Below are positions 63,373 to 64,000 of a stretch of DNA of 64,000 bases, in pieces. Position numbers and translations under genes: made by a program. The notes beneath the pieces were generated by a model. The model had not been told where the DNA came from and made no database searches. It was given only the letters and a program-made list of their open reading frames with translations. Position 1 is the stretch's first letter. Every line of letters starts with the position of its first letter. Source of the DNA: an uncultured Actinomycetes bacterium (GTDB lineage: Bacteria > Actinomycetota > Thermoleophilia > Gaiellales > JAICJC01); contig CAVPTL010000018.1 of the NCBI GenBank assembly GCA_963708725.1, forward strand, positions 50,075 to 114,074, written 5' to 3'.

Positions 63373-64000
63373 GCGAACACCCCAATGTGCTGCTCGTGGT
63401 GATGGACGCGGTGCGCGCGGCGAGCGTCGAACCCTACGGTTGCAGTGCGCCCACAACACCGTTTCTGCGCACCTTCGCCGCATCGGCCCGCACCTACGAA
63501 CGCGCACACGCGACCTCGTGTTGGACGCTGCCCTCCCACGCCTCGATGTTCACCGGCCTGGCGACCGATGAGCATGGTGTGGGTGGCAACCGCTGGAACC
63601 TGCGCGACGTGGACGCCCTCACCGTTGCCGAACGGCTGCGTGAGCGCGGGTATGCGACCATCGCCGCTTCGGCGAACCCGTGGATCGGACCGGGGTTCGG
63701 ATTCGATCGCGGATTCGACACCTTCATCGAGGGTTGGCGGATCGGCGCGATGCCCGACCTGACCACCGCAAGCCTCCGCTCAGGCGCCCTTCCGGCCCGC
63801 GAGCGGATCCGCAGGATCACCGCTGCGGGACCGGGTGCGGTGGCCGCCACGATCCCCGCGGCCCTGAGCTCCCGCCGCCGTCGCTTCGGCCACCACGGCA
63901 GTGGCCGGCTGATCCAGCGGTTCGTGGATGCGTTCGCGGCATCGGATCGGCCCACGTTTGGATTCGTCAACCTGCTCGATGCCCACCTGCCCCGCCGCCC
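63369..64000 (+). CDS. Sulfatase-like (alkaline-phosphatase superfamily) hydrolase/transferase, 5' partial (runs off the window)
   Basis: Not in the ORF track because it has no stop in the window. My translation from ATG 63369 (ATGA overlap) is open to 64000: NVLLVVMDAVRA...TSCWTLPSHASMFTG...FVNLLDAHLP, a PF00884-like layout. Confidence 0.75.
   Translation, partial: MSEHPNVLLVVMDAVRAASVEPYGCSAPTTPFLRTFAASARTYERAHATSCWTLPSHASMFTGLATDEHGVGGNRWNLRDVDALTVAERLRERGYATIAASANPWIGPGFGFDRGFDTFIEGWRIGAMPDLTTASLRSGALPARERIRRITAAGPGAVAATIPAALSSRRRRFGHHGSGRLIQRFVDAFAASDRPTFGFVNLLDAHLPRR

Overview
This is a GC-rich (judged by eye, not computed), very gene-dense bacterial chromosome segment with actinobacterial/Terrabacteria-type synteny. 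I see no rRNA, CRISPR array, transposase, integrase or prophage genes.

Layout:
- Left flank (1-12.8 kb), accessory-looking: two secreted beta-sandwich-repeat proteins, chrA, a HemK-like methyltransferase, a divergent SGNH / acyltransferase-3+SGNH pair, a stand-alone cNMP-binding protein with two orphan small ORFs, a PadR-ABC-FtsX operon, a VOC protein and tRNA-Trp.
- 12.8-16.3 kb: a small glycan-modification cluster (GT2, GT2, LbH acyltransferase, GT2, CapD-like SDR) between tRNA-Trp and dprA.
- 16.3-58.4 kb: a housekeeping block almost entirely on the minus strand. It runs dprA-comM-yraN-rnhB-lepB-rplS-trmD-rimM-KH-rpsP-ffh-ftsY-smc-rnc-acpP-plsX-rpmF-yceD-coaD-rsmD-recG-DAK2/DegV-asp23, then ribH-ribBA-ribE-ribD-rpe, fmt-def-priA-metK, and gpsA-der-plsC-cmk-aroA-tyrA-DAHP synthase. 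Many genes are joined by 4-nt ATGA/GTGA/TTGA start-stop overlaps. The only plus-strand genes in this block are an Ldh_2 oxidoreductase, rpmB-pdxH and a PAS-GGDEF-EAL gene.
- Right flank (58.4-64 kb): trpS followed by an overlapping operon of sulfotransferase, GT4, CDP-alcohol phosphatidyltransferase, GT4 and a sulfatase-like enzyme that runs off the window.

I could not support any clear-cut novel multi-gene system such as a defence island. The best candidates for follow-up are:
1. A three-copy family of perfect AT-rich palindromes at gene 3' ends; one copy supplies the ftsY stop codon.
2. A DhaL(FakA-like)-DegV single-chain architecture interrupted by a 1-nt frameshift.
3. The sulfotransferase / CDP-alcohol-transferase / Thr-type 'sulfatase' operon.
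4. Two tandem GT2 ORFs with a long out-of-frame overlap.
5. An rnc gene whose conserved N-terminus has no canonical start codon.

The ORF track renders GTG/TTG starts as M. Many starts below are re-assigned from the track using start-stop overlaps and domain boundaries, so 5' ends are less certain than stop coordinates.
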